A stretch of DNA of 60,043 nt, filler included. It is 5 parts of 5 records of this genome, joined end to end, with 100 filler letters (N's around TTAATTAATTAA, not from the genome) between each part and the next. Parts side by side here need not be neighbours in the genome. Positions count along the whole stretch, not along the records: positions 41,157 to 47,486 come from SRR31147125_2361; positions 47,587 to 53,254 come from SRR31147125_2381; 3 more parts are not named here. One strand, 5' to 3'. The position numbers and the translations under genes were made by a program. Positions 41,157 through 52,724 of the stretch are shown here, in pieces. Every line of letters begins with the position of its first letter. Position 1 is the first letter of the stretch. Under the pieces are notes generated by a model. It had not been told where the DNA came from and searched no databases. It saw only the letters and a list, made by a program, of their open reading frames with translations.

Positions 41157-41891
41157 CTTGAAGGAGACAGGAATAAATGCCTCATTAACGAAACCGCCCT
41201 TAAACAGTTTGGATGGAAAACATGGCAAGGAAAATATTTTAATAAATCAGAAAGATTTGAGGGTTATGAAATAATAGGTCTTTTAGAGGACTTTCATTTT
41301 GGCTCATTGCACGAAAAAATAGATCCGATTGTTATCTCATCTAACGATTCCCAGAAAAGTTTTATGTCGCTCAGGATTTCAGGCAACAATATAGAAGAGA
41401 CAATAAGCTCTATTGAAAATACATGGAACGAAATAGAACCCAATGTCCCTCTCAATTATACTTTCTATGATACCTGGTTTGATTCCATGTATAAAAAAGA
41501 AGAACAACTTGGCAAGATGGTTTCAACATTTGCCATTTTGGCTATTATCATCTCTTGTTTGGGAATTTTCGGACAAGCAATACTAACTACCACAAACCGA
41601 ATAAAAGAAATTGGAGTTCGAAAAGTAATAGGTGCAAAATCGAAAGAGATTGTTGGTTTAATTAACAGTCAATTTATCCTTTGGGTTTTACTATCCATGC
41701 TGTGTTCCGCACCACTCGGTTTTACAATAATGAAAAGATGGTTGGGGAATTTTGCTTACAAAACCAATATGAGCTGGTGGGTTTTTGCCCTGGCCGGAGG
41801 AATTGCCCTGATAATCGCTTTGGTTACTGTTAGCTGGCAGAGTTGGAGGGCAGCTAATAGAAATCCTGTTGAAGCTTTGAGGTATGAATAA
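41157..41891 (+). CDS. ABC transporter permease, MacB/FtsX family (5'-partial)
   Basis: DFHFGSLH, KEIGVRKVIGA, NPVEALRYE. Confidence 0.9.
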   Translation, partial: LEGDRNKCLINETALKQFGWKTWQGKYFNKSERFEGYEIIGLLEDFHFGSLHEKIDPIVISSNDSQKSFMSLRISGNNIEETISSIENTWNEIEPNVPLNYTFYDTWFDSMYKKEEQLGKMVSTFAILAIIISCLGIFGQAILTTTNRIKEIGVRKVIGAKSKEIVGLINSQFILWVLLSMLCSAPLGFTIMKRWLGNFAYKTNMSWWVFALAGGIALIIALVTVSWQSWRAANRNPVEALRYE

Positions 41892-41902
41892 AAAAACACA
41901 CA

Positions 41903-44275
41903 ATGGAATTATTTAAGAATATCAAATTTATTTTTCGAAGCTTTAATAAAAATAAGGTTATTACAACTTTTAATATAGTAGGTTTAACAATTGGTCTAAC
42001 TGTTAGCATCCTAATATTTTCTTTTGTAATGAAAGAAAAATCAATCGATAAGTTTATCCCCGATTTAGAAAACATTTATTGTCTTACCAACAAAGGAGAC
42101 ACTTATCTCTCGCAAAAAATGGTAAACCTGGTAAAAGAAGAAATTCCAGAAGTTGAAAAAATCACATACTGTTCTGAAGATTGGTCGCCGCAAGTATTTC
42201 TCCTTAATGGACAAAAAAGATTCAAGTTAAATGAATTAATTACTGCTGATTCTTGTTTCTTTCGGGTTTTCCAGTTTAAACCCTTATGGGGAGATCCTAA
42301 ATCAGCCTTAAATTCTGCAAACAAGCTTGTGATTACTCATTCACTATCTAAAAAAATATTTGGCGATCAAAACCCTGTTGGAAAAATAGTAACTTACAAT
42401 TCAACTTTCTTACAAGATGAAAATCTAGAAATAGCTGCTGTTATCGAAGATCTGCCAGAGGAATCATCCTGGCATTTTGAAGCAATCCTTTCTTTTGAGA
42501 CCAATTATAAAATCGATTGGTATGTTAAAAATATTTCTTATTGGGGAACTCAAAATTATAAAGGGTTTGTGCGTCTTAACGACAAGGTTTCTGAAGAACA
42601 GGTAATCTCCAAATTATCAAACATATCCCTCGATAAAGTTCCAAGCCAAATGAAGCCTGAAATTAAATTTGGTTTATTTCGCTTTTCAGATGTCTATTTT
42701 GATCTTCCTGAACTAACTTTTCTAAAGCATGGCAACCATTTGTCAGTTTCAATAATTGGAATAACAGGTATATTAATTTTCCTGCTTGCGTGCGTTAATT
42801 ATATCAATATGGTTACAGCCCAACGCGAAAAAAGGATTAAAAATGTGGGGGTTTTTAAAATGCTCGGGAGCAACCGAAAAAATGTAATCCAATTGATAAC
42901 GACAGAGTCGGCTGCGAGTATTTTTATTTCTATAATAATTTCGTTGCTATTAACAATCATAATTATTCCTGTTTACAATAACCTCTCTTCATCAGATTAC
43001 ACATTGCGTGAGTTTATGTCCACAAACTACATTCTTTTGTTAATCGCTGTTTGTGTTATAATGATTTTAATAACCGGATTAATTCCCGGCTTTATTTATA
43101 GTAAGAACACTCCTATTTTATTGTTGAACAAACAGCGTGGAAACAGAGGCATAAACCTATCACGAAATGGTCTACTGGTTTTTCAATTTTTTGTAACTAT
43201 TGCATTAATTGCTTCGGTAATTACCATAAATAAACAAAGTAGTTATTTGAATGATCAGGACTTAGGTTTTAAACAAAATAATATTGTTTATGCCAACACA
43301 AACGATGATATTTCCAGACAAATTGATGCGTTTAAAAATGGATTAGAGCAACTTTCAGGAATTGCAGATTTTACATTTTCAGAGAGTTTATTGATTGATA
43401 ACGGACAAAATTGGGGGCAAGCCATATTAAATGGAGAGGATAGGTACGATGTAAAATTCTCAAAAATTTCTGTTAGCCAAAATTTCTTTAATTTCTTTGA
43501 TATTCCTTTACAGGAAGGACAAGGATTCAATGAGAACTCAAATACAAATAAGGATTATATATTTAACCAAACAGCAAAAAACAAATTCAACATAAATAAC
43601 ATTGAGCAAGCAAAAATAGCGACCTCTGATTCAAAAAAAGGACATATAGTAGGCATTGTTAAAGATTATAATTTCGAGTCTCTTCATGTACCCATCAGAG
43701 CAGCCGGATTTACATGTTCTGCTGATTGCGATCAAGTTATTTACCTTAAGTTAAACAGCAAGAACTCAGAAAACATCGCCCACACAATTAAACAAGTCGA
43801 AAATCTTTGGGATAACCATTCCCCGGATTTCCCAATGGAATTAAAATTTCTCGACCAAAAATGGGAAGCAAAATATTATAAGGATAAACAATTTCAAAAA
43901 ATTCTGCTATATACCACCATTATTTCATTGTTGCTTTCTTGTATCGGTTTAATCGGGCTAACATTTTTTGTGATAGAGAAAAGAACAAAAGAAATCGGCA
44001 TACGAAAGGTGAATGGCGCAAAAATCTCTGAGATTCTTTCCATCGTTAATTTAGATTTTATAAAATGGGTATTTCTAGCATTTATCTTAGCAACTCCGGT
44101 AGCTTGGTATTCCATGCACCAATGGCTTCAGGGCTTCGCTTATAAAACTGGTTTGAGTTGGTGGATTTTTCTCCTGGCCGGATTTTTAGCCTTAGGAATT
44201 GCCCTATTAACTGTTAGTTGGCAGAGTTGGCGAGCTGCAAGGATGAATCCGGTAGAAGCTTTAAGAAACGAATAA
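41903..44275 (+). CDS. ABC transporter permease, MacB/FtsX family (Bacteroidota duplicated type)
   Basis: ACVNYIN, DLGF, KEIGIRKVNGA, NPVEALRNE. Confidence 0.92.
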   Translation: MELFKNIKFIFRSFNKNKVITTFNIVGLTIGLTVSILIFSFVMKEKSIDKFIPDLENIYCLTNKGDTYLSQKMVNLVKEEIPEVEKITYCSEDWSPQVFLLNGQKRFKLNELITADSCFFRVFQFKPLWGDPKSALNSANKLVITHSLSKKIFGDQNPVGKIVTYNSTFLQDENLEIAAVIEDLPEESSWHFEAILSFETNYKIDWYVKNISYWGTQNYKGFVRLNDKVSEEQVISKLSNISLDKVPSQMKPEIKFGLFRFSDVYFDLPELTFLKHGNHLSVSIIGITGILIFLLACVNYINMVTAQREKRIKNVGVFKMLGSNRKNVIQLITTESAASIFISIIISLLLTIIIIPVYNNLSSSDYTLREFMSTNYILLLIAVCVIMILITGLIPGFIYSKNTPILLLNKQRGNRGINLSRNGLLVFQFFVTIALIASVITINKQSSYLNDQDLGFKQNNIVYANTNDDISRQIDAFKNGLEQLSGIADFTFSESLLIDNGQNWGQAILNGEDRYDVKFSKISVSQNFFNFFDIPLQEGQGFNENSNTNKDYIFNQTAKNKFNINNIEQAKIATSDSKKGHIVGIVKDYNFESLHVPIRAAGFTCSADCDQVIYLKLNSKNSENIAHTIKQVENLWDNHSPDFPMELKFLDQKWEAKYYKDKQFQKILLYTTIISLLLSCIGLIGLTFFVIEKRTKEIGIRKVNGAKISEILSIVNLDFIKWVFLAFILATPVAWYSMHQWLQGFAYKTGLSWWIFLLAGFLALGIALLTVSWQSWRAARMNPVEALRNE

Positions 44276-44326
44276 TACATCTTATTAATAATGCACTATA
44301 CTATATTTTTTTAACGAGTAAGCCCT

Positions 44327-45901
44327 ATGAGAATACTAATTCTATGTTTCCTATTTCTATCAATACATTATACAAGTTTTAGTCAATATAATGATTCTTT
44401 AGGGCCGCCGCCAATTATACCTTATTGGGCTTTTGGCCACTGGGTTTGGGAAGATGAATTCAACACAGATTCAGCAGTATACAAATTAGTTGATGGATAC
44501 CTTAATCACGATATACCTGTAAATGCTATAATTATTGATAGTCCATGGATGAGACAGTACAATGATTTTACCTGGGATAAATCCCGCTACCATAATCCAC
44601 AATTACTAATTGACAGCTTAAATGCTTCTGGGATAAGAACTCTTGCATTTTATACGGGATGCCTTAATAGTTCATCCTATTCAGGTTCTAAAGAAAAATG
44701 TGTTACGTACGATTATGCTGTTTCAAACAATTTTTGTGTAAACGGGAACAATGAATCGAAATGGTTTAAAGGACCGGGAGTACATATCGATATGACCAAA
44801 CGTGCAGCGCGAGATTGGTGGCATAATCAAATTGGTGAACTGCATAAGATGAAATTTAATGGTGCTAAAATTGATTTTGGCTTTGCATGGTTCGGGGACA
44901 CAATAGAAACATCAGTAGGGAATGTATCGAAGCGTGAATTTGCATATCATTATTACGGTGATGCATTTGATTACCATACATCCCAGGATCCTGAATTTAT
45001 TTCAATGACCTATGCATGGTCTGGTTTAGGGTTGATGGGTTTTCCTTCTAAAAGCCATGTTAACTGGGTAGGTGATTTCACCGGAGACTGGAACGGAATT
45101 AACAAACAATTAAAGAACATTTATCTTTCTGCTAATTATGGTTTCTCAGGAATAGGGTGTGAGATTGGCGGGTATTGGAAAACGCCATCCAATAAAACAG
45201 AATTTATCAGGTATGCACAAATGGCCAGCCTATGCCCAATAATGATTAACGGTGGTTCTTTGGGGGCATTTGAACATCATATACCCTGGTACCACGACAG
45301 CGAGACCGTTGATATTTACAGAGAATTTGTTAACCTACACCAATCGTTGGCTCCATACTTATTTAGCGCTAGTGTTGACGCGAATCTAAACCACTCAACT
45401 ATAATTACAAATGCAAACTATGCAGAAAAAAGCCATTTTCTGGGCGATCAGCTTTTCGTTAAGGTTATTACGGACTCATTAGAAACAACTACCGTTAACC
45501 TTCCTGGCACAAGTAATTGGATTGATTGGTTTGATCTTCACCAATATAATGCAAAAGAAACTGTAGAGAAACATTACAATTTAGCATCATACCCGCTATT
45601 TGTACGAGAAGGAACTATTTTGCCTATACTGGAAGATACCATTGTTACATTTTATATTTTTCCTGGTAACGATTTTGGTTACACATTTCATCAACCAATA
45701 AATAATGGCATTGACTATGCTGATATTCAGTTCTCATATAGCCAGGAAAAACATATGTTAGAAGTGAAATCGGAACAACAAATCGAATTTCATTTCAAAA
45801 TTTTTCAACCTAAAACAACGGAACATCGCCACAAAGATGGAGACATCAGTAATTGGCATTACATAAACAAAAAAGGAAACAATTTTTCAATTAAAATATA
45901 A
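44327..45901 (+). CDS. Secreted glycoside hydrolase family 31
   Basis: Signal peptide; P.WAFG.W, IIDSPW, KIDFG (nucleophile), WVGD (acid/base), PLFVREG. Confidence 0.82.
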   Translation: MRILILCFLFLSIHYTSFSQYNDSLGPPPIIPYWAFGHWVWEDEFNTDSAVYKLVDGYLNHDIPVNAIIIDSPWMRQYNDFTWDKSRYHNPQLLIDSLNASGIRTLAFYTGCLNSSSYSGSKEKCVTYDYAVSNNFCVNGNNESKWFKGPGVHIDMTKRAARDWWHNQIGELHKMKFNGAKIDFGFAWFGDTIETSVGNVSKREFAYHYYGDAFDYHTSQDPEFISMTYAWSGLGLMGFPSKSHVNWVGDFTGDWNGINKQLKNIYLSANYGFSGIGCEIGGYWKTPSNKTEFIRYAQMASLCPIMINGGSLGAFEHHIPWYHDSETVDIYREFVNLHQSLAPYLFSASVDANLNHSTIITNANYAEKSHFLGDQLFVKVITDSLETTTVNLPGTSNWIDWFDLHQYNAKETVEKHYNLASYPLFVREGTILPILEDTIVTFYIFPGNDFGYTFHQPINNGIDYADIQFSYSQEKHMLEVKSEQQIEFHFKIFQPKTTEHRHKDGDISNWHYINKKGNNFSIKI

Positions 45902-45913
45902 AAGTTACGATTC

Positions 45914-47486
45914 ATGAACTTTCTGCTCATATTCTTTAGAGATTTAAAACGAAATAAGACCATTACATTTATAAATACCGGTGGTTTGATTATTGGCATA
46001 TTAAGTACATTGTTAATACTGGAATATGTTTATTACCACCGTAGTTTTGATAGTTATCATGAAAATGCAGACAACGTTTACCGAATTGTCTACAATCGAT
46101 ATGGAAATGAGGGCTTAATGTGGAAAACCACTAATTTCTACACACCGGCTGCTCCTTATCTCAAAACTAACTTTGCGGAAGTAGAAGACTACGCATTATT
46201 GTTTAGAAAATTCAACATCATAGTTAACCAGTTAGATGCACAAGGTAATCCTTTAAATTTCAGGGAAAATAAAAGTTATTATGCAAATAGTTCTCTTTTC
46301 AGCATATTTGATTTCCCGCTAATTATTGGAGACAAGAATTGTCTTGACAATCCCAATACTGTAGCCATATCGGACAAACTAAGCAAAAAATATTTCGATT
46401 CTGATAACCCAATTGGCAAAACACTTAAAATTAATGGTAAGGAAACGTATGTTGTTACAGCAGTTTTTAAAACAATACCAAGCAATTCTCATTTACAATC
46501 AGATTTATTTTTTTCTGTTGAGACATTATTAAAAAGAAGGCCGCAAATGATAAACGACTGGATTGGTGACGGTGCACTTCCCTACCTAAAACTAAAGAAT
46601 GGAACAGATTATAAGGCATTCGAAAAAAAAGCCTTCCCACAAATGATCCAAGAAAATTATGCAGACTATCTGACACGCTCTCAACAAAAAGATTCAGTTT
46701 ATTTACAACCCATAAAATCGATTCATCTGCAATCTAACCTTGAATACGAACTTGAACCTCCTGGTAACGGCAAAGCCATTTCCATATTATTTATCTTTTC
46801 TATATTTTTTATTATTGTTGCCTGGATAAATTATGCCAACCTGGCCAGTGTAAAGTATTTTGAGCGGGCAAAAGAAATAAGCATAAAAAAAGTAAATGGC
46901 CTTTCCAGATCGAAAATTATTACCCAACTACTTTCCGAAGCAGTTATATTCAACCTCTTCTGTTATTTATTTGCTATTGTAATATTTATATTGATCAACC
47001 CACGTTTTCTTGAATTAACCCAAATACAAACCAACAGTAAAATTTTACCCATATCATTTTGGATATTTTTTAGCATTTCAATTTGTTTAGGGGTAATTAT
47101 CTCAAACATTCACCCGGCCTTTGTTTTAACCACATATAATCCGGCTAAAGTATTAAAAGGAAAATTTAGCTCTTCAAAAAGTGGGATTCTATTCAGAAAG
47201 ACGTTGGTAACCACTCAATTCATAATATCTATATTACTACTTGTTGGTTCTATTATAGCCTATAAACAAATTAATTTTCTTATTGATAAGGATATGGGCA
47301 TCAATTGTAAAAACAAGGTGGCAATAAAAATACCCAGGGCCAATGGAGAAAGGCAATTACATGATAAAAAAGTATTAAGTTTTAAAGACGAACTAAGTAA
47401 ATACCCCGGGATTGGAAAGCTCACTTATTGTTCTGATTTGCCGGGTAATGAGATCAATGGTTTTTTTGGAGGTTACAAAAAGGGGG
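45914..47486 (+). CDS. ABC transporter permease, MacB/FtsX family (3'-partial)
   Basis: SFDSYH, LQPIKSIHL.S, AWINY.NL, RAKEI. Confidence 0.9.
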
Positions 47487-47586
47487 NNNNNNNNNNNNNN
47501 NNNNNNNNNNNNNNNNNNNNNNNNNNNNNNTTAATTAATTAANNNNNNNNNNNNNNNNNNNNNNNNNNNNNNNNNNNNNNNNNNNN
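47487..47586. other. Artificial contig spacer
   Basis: N-run + TTAATTAATTAA + N-run. Confidence 0.98.
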
Positions 47587-47701
47587 AAAAATCTTTTCAA
47601 ATATTGAAGGGAAAGAGATGAATTTAAATAGGACTAATAATCATAATATAATGGTAAAATAGAATAGAATTTTTGAGACAGTAGTGATTTGAACAGAAAA
47701 T

Positions 47702-47730
47702 AAAAAAGGCGGGACATATATCCCGCCTTT
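47702..47730 (-). terminator. Terminator of hcp
   Basis: AAAGGCGGGA/TCCCGCCTTT stem; T-tract on the minus strand. Confidence 0.8.
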
Positions 47731-47736
47731 GCTAAT

Positions 47737-49401
47737 TTATGCCGCAACATCCTGCACATCATCACCAAGAATAGCCTGCAAATCCTCATCCGCTGTTGTG
47801 ATCGGTTTGAGATCAAAATTCTCTACGAGAAAGTTGAGGATATTGGGACTGATAAAGGCTGGCAGTGTGGGTCCAAGCCGAATCCCTTTAATACCCAGAG
47901 ACAGGAGGGAGAGCAATATCACAACCGCTTTTTGTTCGTACCAGGACAAAATCAGGGATAAAGGCAGATCATTCACACCGCATTCAAAGACATCTGCCAA
48001 AGCCTGTGCGATTTTTATGGCTGAAAAGGCATCGTTGCATTGACCTACATCCAAAAGTCGTGGTATGCCGCCAATCTCGCCGAGATCCAGGTGATTAAAC
48101 CGGAATTTACCACAGGCAAGGGTTAAAATAATTGTGTCCTTTGGCGTTTTTTCTACCAGTTCGGTATAGTAATTACGTCCCGGTTTGGCACCATCACAAC
48201 CACCAACCAGAAAAACGTGCTTGATGGCGCCGCCTTTAATGGCACCCACAACTTTGTCAGCTACACTCATGACGGCATTGTGGGCAAAACCGGTCATCAG
48301 CGTGCCACCTTCTTTTTCTTCAAAGCCACCTAATTCCAGAGCTTTATTTATAACCGGGGTGAAATCATAGTCATCTATATGGTTAACACCAGGCCAGGCA
48401 ACCAGTTCACTGGTGAAAACGCGATCTATATAGGAATCCCGCGGTTTTTGAATACAATTGGTGTTGAACAGAATCGCAGCCGGGATGCCATCAAACTCTT
48501 TTTGTTGATTCTGCCAGGCTGTACCATAATGTCCGACAAGATGTTTATATTTTTTCAAACCAGGGTAGCCATGTGCCGGCAACATCTCGCCGTGGGTGTA
48601 AATGTTGATACCTTTACCTTCTGTCTGCTGTAACAGTTTTTCCAGTGAGACCATGTCATGACCGGTAAGAATGATAGCCGGCCCTTTTTTCAGAGCAGTT
48701 GATACGGTGGTGGGTTCCGGATGACCATATGTGGTTGTATGACCTGTATCCAGAAGCTCCATTGTACGGATATTCACCTGGCCGCAGCGCATATTTAAAT
48801 CCACAAGTTTTTCTACGCTTATGGACGAATCATTGAGAGCAGCCAAAGCCTCATGAAAAAAGCCGAATACTGTGTCATCGGTTTGGCCTAATATGGAGGC
48901 GTGATCTGCATAGGCTGCCATGCCTTTCAAGCCATATACAAGTAATTCCTGCAAAGAACGAATATCCTCATTAGCCTGATTGGTTAAAATACCGATACCC
49001 GCAATAACCGGGACATCCTCCAGTGTTGCCTCGATTGTATCTTTCGGTTCATACCGGGTTGAATGGGGCCACTCCTGTTCGGCATTGTCTGTTTCACTTG
49101 CCGATTTAAGCAATTCTACCGCTTTGTCCCGAATGTTTTTTGCTTCATCTATCCATTGTTTCATTCGCTCAGGATCAAAATCGACATTGGTAATTGTAGT
49201 AAATAATGCTTCCACAGTAAATCGATCTATGGTGGCATCAACAATATTTTGTTTTCGTAATTTATCAGCCAGGTAACCGATTCCCTTGAGCTGGTATATT
49301 AAAATGTCCTGTAGATCTGCTACTTCCGGTTGTTTACCACATACGCCGATGCTGTCGCATCCTTTTCCGCCTTTGGCCTGTTCGCATTGAAAACAAAACA
49401 T
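47737..49401 (-). CDS. hcp: Hydroxylamine reductase (hybrid cluster protein)
   Basis: MFCFQCEQ..GC..GVCGK, TGHD, HGEMLPAHGYP, GGCDG, GQCNDA, SWYEQKA. Confidence 0.97.
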   Translation of the reverse strand: MFCFQCEQAKGGKGCDSIGVCGKQPEVADLQDILIYQLKGIGYLADKLRKQNIVDATIDRFTVEALFTTITNVDFDPERMKQWIDEAKNIRDKAVELLKSASETDNAEQEWPHSTRYEPKDTIEATLEDVPVIAGIGILTNQANEDIRSLQELLVYGLKGMAAYADHASILGQTDDTVFGFFHEALAALNDSSISVEKLVDLNMRCGQVNIRTMELLDTGHTTTYGHPEPTTVSTALKKGPAIILTGHDMVSLEKLLQQTEGKGINIYTHGEMLPAHGYPGLKKYKHLVGHYGTAWQNQQKEFDGIPAAILFNTNCIQKPRDSYIDRVFTSELVAWPGVNHIDDYDFTPVINKALELGGFEEKEGGTLMTGFAHNAVMSVADKVVGAIKGGAIKHVFLVGGCDGAKPGRNYYTELVEKTPKDTIILTLACGKFRFNHLDLGEIGGIPRLLDVGQCNDAFSAIKIAQALADVFECGVNDLPLSLILSWYEQKAVVILLSLLSLGIKGIRLGPTLPAFISPNILNFLVENFDLKPITTADEDLQAILGDDVQDVAA

Positions 49402-49564
49402 ACGAATTCCTTCCTTTATTTGTAAAAAAGTTATAAATTATGATTTAGATCTGATAGCTTAAAGTTGTGAGGCAATTCCCCTAAAGTGACCGCCTGTAAC
49501 CTGAATCAGAATAGAATATCTTTGTCTTATCTGGTTCAAATATAGCAGAATTCCTATGCTTTTC

Positions 49565-49580
49565 CTTGATCCACATCAAG
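49565..49580 (-). promoter_or_regulatory. FNR/Crp-family (HcpR/Dnr-type) binding site at a class II position
   Basis: CTTGAT-CCAC-ATCAAG palindrome; extended -10 TGcTATATT on the minus strand at 49539-49547 places its centre near -41. Confidence 0.75.
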
Positions 49581-49767
49581 GATTTTTGAAAAGATCATTA
49601 TTTTCTACTTTTTATTCGTTTTAATCCGGTGAAAAAAGAGTAATGATCAATTGTTTTATTATAATTTTATCTTAAATTAATATTATCCTTGATGAAATTT
49701 TTTATCTTGTCATATTTCATGTCGACATGAAATATTATATTTATTAAAATAATACAGGAGGTTGGAA

Positions 49768-51134
49768 ATGTCTGAATTGTCGCGCAGAACATTTTTAAAA
49801 AACACAACAGCAACTATTGGCACAACCGCTGCCCTGAGTTTATGGGGATCGAAATCAGGCTGGGCTGGTGCCAATGATCGTATTCGCGTTGGTGTTATTG
49901 GCATTCGGGGAATGGGACAAAATCATATTAAAAATTACAATGAATTACCGAATGTAGAGGTCGCTGCCATTTGCGATGTGGATGAAAATCTGTTCCCGGA
50001 GAGAGTACAAAAACATTTCACAGATAAGGGGCTTAAAAATCCACAGCTCTACACGGATTTGCGAAAACTATTGGAAAACAAAGACATTGATGCTGTATCT
50101 ATCGTAACACCAAACCACTGGCATACTCTGGCTGCCATTTGGGCCATGCAGGCGGGAAAACACGTCTCTGTGGAAAAACCGTGTTGTCACGATATTTATG
50201 AAGGCAAAAAACTGGTTGAAGCTGCAAAAAAATATGGTCTGGTTGTACAGGATGGTGCCGAACAGCGCAGTAATCCCTGCTCTCAAACAGCCATGGAATT
50301 TTTACACAGTGGTGGGTTAGGCGAAGTCTATATGGCCAAAGGTATCTGCTACAAGTGGCGGAAAACTATTGGCAAAACACCTGATGAACCTGTACCCGCT
50401 GGTGTACATTATGATCTCTGGTTAGGACCGGCAGAAAAACGCCCGTTTTCAAAAACAGGTTTCATTACAATTGGCACTGGAATTGGGATTATGGTAATGG
50501 TGATATGGGCAACCAGGGTATTCACGAAATGGATATTGCCCGCTGGGGATTAAATGTGACTCTTCCTGAAAAAGTCTTTGCCATGGGTGGGCATTATATG
50601 TTTGATGATGATCAGAATACACCAAACACCCTTATGGCCGTTTTTGAGTTTCCAAATGAAAATGGTGGTGGTGATAAACGAAAGATGTTACAGTTTGAAA
50701 CCCGGCACTGGATCACCAACAGGGAAGGTGTTATTGATAAAGATCCTGCTTCGACCCTGGATTATATGGTAAGCTCAGCTAATACAGTCGGAAATATTTT
50801 TTACGGTTCTGAAGGATTCATGGTCAAAACAGTGAATGAATGGAAAACGTTTATGGGTAAAGAGCGTGAACCAGGCCCCTCTGGTGGCGGCCTTGGTAAC
50901 CATTACGCCAACTATATCGACGCTATTCGCGCCAATGATCCGAAAGCATTGAATGGCAGCATCGTTGATGGCCATCATACCTGTTCTCTGGTTCACCTTG
51001 CAAACACTTCTTATAGACTGGGTCGTTCCCTGGAATATGATCCTGAAAAGGAGGTTTTCATCGGTGATGATGAAGCGAACGCCACAATGAAACGCAAATA
51101 CAGAAAGCCATTTGTGGTGCCGGAAAAAGTGTGA
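49768..51134 (+). CDS. Tat-exported Gfo/Idh/MocA oxidoreductase (apparent frameshift near 50452)
   Basis: SRRTFLK twin-arginine signal, TPNHWH, EKP, YDLWLGPA; restoring one A gives FSKNRFHYNWHW and joins the two ORFs. Confidence 0.85.
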
Positions 51135-51191
51135 TCTTTGCAGGGATATTCACTATTTCTGAAATGTAATTGATAAAAGTTACTGCTGTTT

Positions 51192-51220
51192 ATCCCCCCT
51201 TGGTTCTCAAGGGGGGATTA
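51192..51220 (+). terminator. Hairpin after the oxidoreductase gene
   Basis: ATCCCCCCTTG/CAAGGGGGGAT stem. Confidence 0.55.
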
Positions 51221-51506
51221 GTTATGTGATTTATGCCTTTTTTTTAACGTAAAATCCTGCCTGATATACATAGTAAACAGGTTTTCGTCTAAAATGATCT
51301 ATAAAATAGTATCCAGATTACCCGGAATATGGTTATGTATCAATCTGTGTTACCGACGTTCATTTTGTCCATATTGACATGTTATGATTAAAGCAGAATA
51401 TCTATATTGGCAAGCCAGTCGCTTTGAGTAAAATATTTACATGATAAAGAAACGTGGTTCAACGCTGTCGTAAATAATGATTCATTCTCTTGCGGAGCAA
51501 ACATAC

Positions 51507-52724
51507 ATGAAATTAAAACAGATGTTGCACAGAATGGGCCCCGGATGGATTATTGCGGCTGCTTGTCTTGGTCCTGGCAGTATTACCACATCTTCAAAAA
51601 TTGGCTCGGATTACGGCTATGCCTTTTTATGGATCGTTATTCTCTCCGCTGTTGGAATGGGTACCTATATGTCCATGGCAGCGCGATACGGTATATCCCA
51701 ATCAAAATCCATATTGGCAACAATCTCAACGGAATATGGACGATGGTTTGCTGCTCTGATAGGCGTGTCTGCTTTTATGACGTCTTTGAGTTTTCAGTTC
51801 GGCAATAATTTGGGTGGAGCGACTGCTTTGGAAGCCATCACCGGCATTAGGGACTCCGTATGGCCCCTCGTTATAACCCCGCTTGGACTTTTGCTGATCT
51901 TTTATGCAAAAAATATCTATAAAACCGTTGAAAAGCTCATGATCCTGCTAGCCCTGCTCATGATTTTTGCTTTTTTAACAAATCTCGCTTTTACAAAACC
52001 GGATCTGACTGCGATACCTCAAGGATTTTTACCTCTTTCTTTTCCAAAGAGAGCTCTTAATGATATGATTGCCATGGTTGGCACCACGTTTGTTTTGCAC
52101 GCCTGCTTGTATCAGGCCTATCTTGTACAGGATAAAGGCTGGAAACGTGATGATCTGAGAAAAGGCCTGCGGGATACCTTGAATGGCATTGTGATCCTTG
52201 GTGGTGTCAGTATGTTGATTATTATGACATCGGCTGCAGCACTCTATCCAAAAGGCATTGTCGTTACAAACGCTGCTGATATGGCGATTCAACTGGAAGC
52301 ACTTTTTGGACCCCTGGCGAAATACATTTTCAGTGTTGGACTGTTTGCCGCTGCTTTTTCATCTTTACTTGTGAATGCCATCATTGGTGGAACACTGATT
52401 TCAGACGGTTTCGGGTTGGGACGTTCTTTGCAGCGCCAGGCTCCAAAGATTTTTGCCACCATTATCATGTTGGCTGGTATGCTCGTGGCTGTCTTTTTCA
52501 GAGGTAATGTGGTCTATGCTCTGATTTTGGCCCAGGCATCTTCATTGCTTGCTGTACCTGCAGTGGCTATCGGCTTGTTTTTAATTCTCAATAACAAAAG
52601 AGTGATGGGACCTTTCGCCAATAAAACAGGACAAAATATTCTGGCTGTATTCGGATTTTTATTGATTCTGGTAATGGTATACAGCTTGTACTCTAAAATT
52701 ATTTTATTTATAGGAAAGATTTAA
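51507..52724 (+). CDS. NRAMP-family (YcsG-like) transporter
   Basis: GPGWIIAA..LGPGSITT, FQFGN, GLFAAAFSS; about 11 TM helices. Confidence 0.8.
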   Translation: MKLKQMLHRMGPGWIIAAACLGPGSITTSSKIGSDYGYAFLWIVILSAVGMGTYMSMAARYGISQSKSILATISTEYGRWFAALIGVSAFMTSLSFQFGNNLGGATALEAITGIRDSVWPLVITPLGLLLIFYAKNIYKTVEKLMILLALLMIFAFLTNLAFTKPDLTAIPQGFLPLSFPKRALNDMIAMVGTTFVLHACLYQAYLVQDKGWKRDDLRKGLRDTLNGIVILGGVSMLIIMTSAAALYPKGIVVTNAADMAIQLEALFGPLAKYIFSVGLFAAAFSSLLVNAIIGGTLISDGFGLGRSLQRQAPKIFATIIMLAGMLVAVFFRGNVVYALILAQASSLLAVPAVAIGLFLILNNKRVMGPFANKTGQNILAVFGFLLILVMVYSLYSKIILFIGKI

